Below, one piece after another: positions 59,833 through 64,000 of a DNA stretch of 64,000 nt. Numbering within the stretch: position 1 is the stretch's first letter; each line of letters starts with the position of its first letter. Made by a program: the position numbers and the translations under genes. Location of the stretch: positions 1 through 64,000 of the forward strand of contig BAAIJX010000016.1 of NCBI GenBank assembly GCA_054600435.1. Reading direction: 5' to 3'. The DNA comes from Neophaeotheca triangularis. Its lineage: Eukaryota. The notes beneath the pieces were generated by a model, which was given only the letters and a program-made list of their open reading frames with translations, was not told where the DNA came from and did not search any database.

Positions 59833-62196
59833 ATGAGGAAGAACATTCGAGATTATTTCAGGCCATCCATACCCAAAAACCGCGTGCCCATTCAGGACAT
59901 AGACGACGATATTGCAGTCGCCCCACGGCCCCGAGGCACTTCAAAAGAAGAATCGATTCCCGTTGACTCGCCGTCGCCTACGCCTACGCCCAAACACAAG
60001 ACCAGTGTATCCGAGAGTCTTTTAGGAGGCACACCGACGCCGACCAAACGACGCCCCGGCCTTTCGCGCAAGCAAACATCTCAGTCAGGCAGAGACGCAG
60101 TATACGATGCGCCTCCACACCATGCAGCAACCCCAAAGCATGGTGCGCGTCTACGCAACATCCCTCAGTATGATGGAGCTGGCGACGACATCTTCAGCTC
60201 CTCCCTGTCCTCTGCTCCATCCTCTGTTGCCTCTCCGACTCTGCCAACCAAGACACTGCCACACATCAGATCACAGCCAAATAGTGTCTCGCAGCAGCCG
60301 ATGATGGCGCCGCTTGAACGACAAGCAAAAGACGAGACGCCGGTTGAGCCGCCAAAAGAAGCGAAGCCTGCGAGTACATCTTTTGGGTCGTTTTCCACGC
60401 TGTCATCCGTCCCCATTAGTTCGCAAAGTTCTAGCAAGAGAGTGGTTAAGAATGGTATCAAAGGCGTGACCAACTCGGACTCGGGTAGCCAAGAAAGCAG
60501 CGAGGATGAGTTAGCGGATGTGGATACGTTCATATCAAACAAGAGACGGAAAATCACGCCCTCGCCTCCTGCCAGCCACGAGAAAGGGACATCGACTACC
60601 GCGGTTGGCGACACGGTCGGTACTAGGGAGACGAGAAGCGCAAGGACATCCGATGTAAAGCGTAGAAGGACGTACAGCCCTCAACTACCGCCTAAACCTG
60701 TATACAGACATAGCTTGCTCAACATGGTCAAACAAAACGACAAAGAAAAGAAAGCCAACGAAGCAATCGCAAAGGCAGAAGTGTCAGTCCAGCAGGCTGG
60801 TAAATGGAGAGAAGAGGAGGCCATGAAAGTAGACGAGGACGAAAGCATGTCCATGGCTGTAGCTATGGCTGACGACAGTGATGCAGGCGAGCGCATGAGG
60901 AACGCAATGGCGAGGACGGAAGCGTTGAGAGGAGATGAATTCTTCTATTTCTTCAAAGACACAGAACCGGTGACCCCGAGATCACCATTTCCGCTCCACA
61001 CTTTACCAGAGCAAGGATGGATGAGCATGCTTCAAGATGAGCAGAGCCGAGAAGACGCTGTCATGAGTGGAGTCATCGCCGAGGCCTCCGCGTCACAGCC
61101 ATTGCCGCAATTGATCGTCGACTGGATGACCTGCGAGCTGGCTTATGAACAGAGAGAGGAACTTTGCGAGGCCTACGTTGACATTATTAGGGCCTGCACG
61201 ATCAGCCACGGTTTCGAAACCGCTGCTCTTTCCTCGTTCGATGCGTTTTACGACACCCTTCCACTGAGCGCCAAAGGTGATGCTGCTGAAAAGCAGACAC
61301 ATAAGTGGACCAGGTTACTTCCTCACGGCGTTCGTTACATGGTCCAGGCCGTGCGGTATTGCGTCGAGGGTCGCGATCAGGACTCAACCGCAGAGACACT
61401 TTTCACCTTTGCGCTCCTCAATGTGGACCAGAATGTCAGGCACGACGTAGACTTGCAGCTGGTGCTGCACAATAACATGGACGCTCTGCTCGAAGCAGTG
61501 TCAGGATCAGTGCTGTCAGCGGTATACGCTGCCGTTCGCGACAAAATCTTCGGTTGCGAGCAGATAACTGATCTGGTTCGACTACGCCTCATTAATGCTA
61601 TGCCCGCGACATCGACGCGGCTGTACGAGTTGCGTCGCACGCTGGCCTTGCGATGTTTTGACAGTGACGTGATAGCCTCGCCCGAGACAGCCGTCTCATC
61701 CGCCCTCCTCACAACCCTGCTCACGCACGTCCGCACCTCGCCCGCGTGGTCCATCGCAGACGCAACAGACTACACCATCCTCCACGCCAAAACCGACGTC
61801 CTCTCCCTCGCCGTCCCAGCCGGCTTCGCGCCTTCAAACCCACCACTCGCGCTGCCAACGCCCACTTCGCCAAAACACTTGGACCCGGCCGACAAGCCCT
61901 CGCTCTTCGCCGACTCGACCTCCGCGGGCTCCGCGCTGTCCAGGAAGGAGAAGGAGTTTAATGACCGCCTCGACGCTCTTGTCTCGCAGTTGCGTTCGAT
62001 ATCATCGCGGATCAAAGACGCGGGGACTTCGCATCTGAAACGCACAGAAGCCAAGGCGGCGATCGAGCGAGTGATTGTAGTGCTGGAGGTGAGCGTCCGG
62101 AGCAAGCCCAAGCGGCGGAAAGGCGTGTTTGATGACGCTAGGCCGGAAGGGGGGATGATTGAGGCTTTTCTCGGGCCCGCTGGGCTGCAGGAGTAG
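59833..62196 (+). CDS. Conserved fungal protein, possibly Smc5/6-associated Nse6/SLF2 (CANIN)-like
   Basis: 787-aa intronless ORF with an S/P-rich disordered N-half containing an NLS-like KRRK and a helical C-half ending IKDAGTSHLKRTEAK...VRSKPKRRKGVF. The family call is tentative. Confidence 0.55.
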   Translation: MRKNIRDYFRPSIPKNRVPIQDIDDDIAVAPRPRGTSKEESIPVDSPSPTPTPKHKTSVSESLLGGTPTPTKRRPGLSRKQTSQSGRDAVYDAPPHHAATPKHGARLRNIPQYDGAGDDIFSSSLSSAPSSVASPTLPTKTLPHIRSQPNSVSQQPMMAPLERQAKDETPVEPPKEAKPASTSFGSFSTLSSVPISSQSSSKRVVKNGIKGVTNSDSGSQESSEDELADVDTFISNKRRKITPSPPASHEKGTSTTAVGDTVGTRETRSARTSDVKRRRTYSPQLPPKPVYRHSLLNMVKQNDKEKKANEAIAKAEVSVQQAGKWREEEAMKVDEDESMSMAVAMADDSDAGERMRNAMARTEALRGDEFFYFFKDTEPVTPRSPFPLHTLPEQGWMSMLQDEQSREDAVMSGVIAEASASQPLPQLIVDWMTCELAYEQREELCEAYVDIIRACTISHGFETAALSSFDAFYDTLPLSAKGDAAEKQTHKWTRLLPHGVRYMVQAVRYCVEGRDQDSTAETLFTFALLNVDQNVRHDVDLQLVLHNNMDALLEAVSGSVLSAVYAAVRDKIFGCEQITDLVRLRLINAMPATSTRLYELRRTLALRCFDSDVIASPETAVSSALLTTLLTHVRTSPAWSIADATDYTILHAKTDVLSLAVPAGFAPSNPPLALPTPTSPKHLDPADKPSLFADSTSAGSALSRKEKEFNDRLDALVSQLRSISSRIKDAGTSHLKRTEAKAAIERVIVVLEVSVRSKPKRRKGVFDDARPEGGMIEAFLGPAGLQE

Positions 62197-62589
62197 TAGT
62201 GGTAATGTACATTATGATCTGAGGCTTATTCGCTGGCTGTTGGGCTGTAACTACAGTGACGACGTATGCTGCTTTGGTCGAATGCGAGTATATAACGAAT
62301 GAGGCGCAGGGAACATGTGAAGTCCCACATTTGAAAGACCGGCTTAATGCACGAACGCTCAATACTACAATCTCTCCCTTGTCTACGACCTGTCTATAGC
62401 AATACAGGCGCATATTTACAAATACTGTTGCGCCTCACGCTGAAACACCCTCGACGCAAATCGCTAGGGTCTTTTCAGCTTCTTGCTGGCCACGGTCGCT
62501 CCTTGACACTGTAATCCACGACGCCGGAGATTTGTAGCAGACTAATCTCCTAACGCGTCTACTGCAATGCACTCGCCCCTCGAATGGAT

Positions 62590-63376
62590 CTAGTCCTTGA
62601 ATCGCCTGTTCTGGTTCTCGCCGAACAGAGTCGTACGTACCATGGGCAGGGCATCGGTCTCGAGCAGTTTCAGGCGCTCCTCGAAAGTATTGTTGATATC
62701 GATCTTGCCACTTCCGTTGAGAATGACGACACCTCCAGAGCTGCAAAGATGAGTTAGCCTCGACAAAACTACCAGACAACTTCACATTGTCACAAGGGTC
62801 ATCGCAGAATAGAAAGGATGGCACTTACCAGCCCTCGGGCAGCCTCTCCTTCTGATCCACCGATATTTCCACATTCTTCCCCTTCAACTTCTCCTTGTAC
62901 TCCTTCTTCGCACTCTCGGCCGCCTTCTTGACCAAATCCTCATCCTTCTTCCGACACCTAACCGACACCTTCTCCTCGTTCAACGCATACAAGCCCTCGA
63001 GAATCAACCCCGACAAGACCTTCTCATACTTGCCCTTATCGCTCGTAGCCTCCTTGGCAATTTTCTGGTTTGCCTTCTCGAACAGGTCGTTCAGCAGCTC
63101 CTGCCTCGCGCTCAGCACCCGCAGACGCGTCTTGTTGGCCAGCGTCGACTTGGTGATTTGCTGGCTCATGGAAGCTTGCGTGAACTTTTTCTGGTACTCG
63201 TCGTCGATGCGAGACGTCTCTTCGCGCACGAGCTTAGACTTTTCGATGGAGAACTCCTCATCGGCTTTGAGGTGGATTTCGCGGGCCTTTTCTAGCGCTT
63301 CTTGTCGGATGAAGGCCGTCATCTTGCGCAGCTCCGTTGCGACTTGGTCGTCGGACATGGCGTGGATTTGGGACAT
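62590..63376 (-). CDS. VMA4: V-type H+-ATPase subunit E (1 intron, about 62742-62828)
   Basis: [44 protein letters not shown]...[10 protein letters not shown]...|[38 protein letters not shown]. Confidence 0.96.
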
Positions 63377-64000
63377 GGCGGCGGTTGTTTGGGGGGGATT
63401 CTCTGTGGTGGGAGGGCTAGGTTGGACGTCGATACGGGTAGCTGGTCTAGGTGGGTCTCGCTGCTTGAGATTGGGCGAGCACCACGGGGGCTGTCGGGAA
63501 CAGGATGAGATAAGACGAGCACGGCGTTGAGTAGAGGCCTGATGTATGGAGTAGAGGAGGATTGTGGTGGTAGTAGAACAGTTGGTAATGTAGGCCTGAG
63601 GTGGTTAGGTACGGTAGCTGGGCCTGGCTCGGCGGATAGGTAGCTCCTCCTCCCATGTCCAAGACGGATGAGGTCCTGAGCAGCAAGCCGCACGTGCCGT
63701 CCCCTGCCCAATCTGCTACTGCCAGCTGGACCCGCGCTAAGCCCGCATCGAGCAACGTCCACGGCTCAGGTCTCTCGCCGCGACCGGCCACCCGGCGTCA
63801 TTGGCCGGGCTGGAACGTCGAATGGTCACGTTCACCGTCCTCATCTTCCAACTTCAATTCCCTCCCATCATCCGTCTTGTTCCACTCCAAGAGCCCGGAA
63901 GCTGAACAATACAAATCACAGACAACAGTAACGGCAAAGGCAACGACGTCAACCATACGTATATGAGCTCGTAGCATTCTCCGACAGGCGAAGCCATGGC

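Overview
This is eukaryotic, gene-dense (about 52-55% GC by eye) filamentous-ascomycete DNA with short GT-AG introns and CT(A/G)AC branch sites; a Dothideomycete origin is my inference from the gene set. About 21 protein genes can be supported: MIF-domain protein, SWC5, MFS sugar porter, a hypothetical protein, YBR137W-like, M14 carboxypeptidase, MCM1, PTS1-bearing alcohol oxidase, a stand-alone A-T-C NRPS-like enzyme, signal peptide peptidase, AEC transporter, PSD1, sideroflexin, SLC6/NSS symporter, HSP20, ClrB/CLR-2-like Zn2Cys6 factor, PAP2 phosphatase, DNF-type P4-ATPase, a possible Nse6/CANIN-like protein and VMA4. There is also an intron-containing tRNA-Lys(UUU) and a multiply disabled GH162 endo-beta-1,2-glucanase pseudogene. 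The most notable items are: (1) a divergent pair of an alcohol oxidase and a CoA-ligase-type A-T-C enzyme, a candidate two-gene acyl-transfer module; (2) a non-coding 37-bp array with a conserved core and variable segment after the SLC6 gene; (3) a recurring A/C-rich to G/T-rich strand-skew switch near the 3' end of most genes; (4) the GH162 decay, including a 92-bp duplication that frameshifts a hidden N-terminal extension; (5) an over-represented TACCTAGGTA palindrome. I recognised no transposase, CRISPR or rRNA. All family assignments come from motif recognition and memory, not database searches, and exon boundaries were read by eye.
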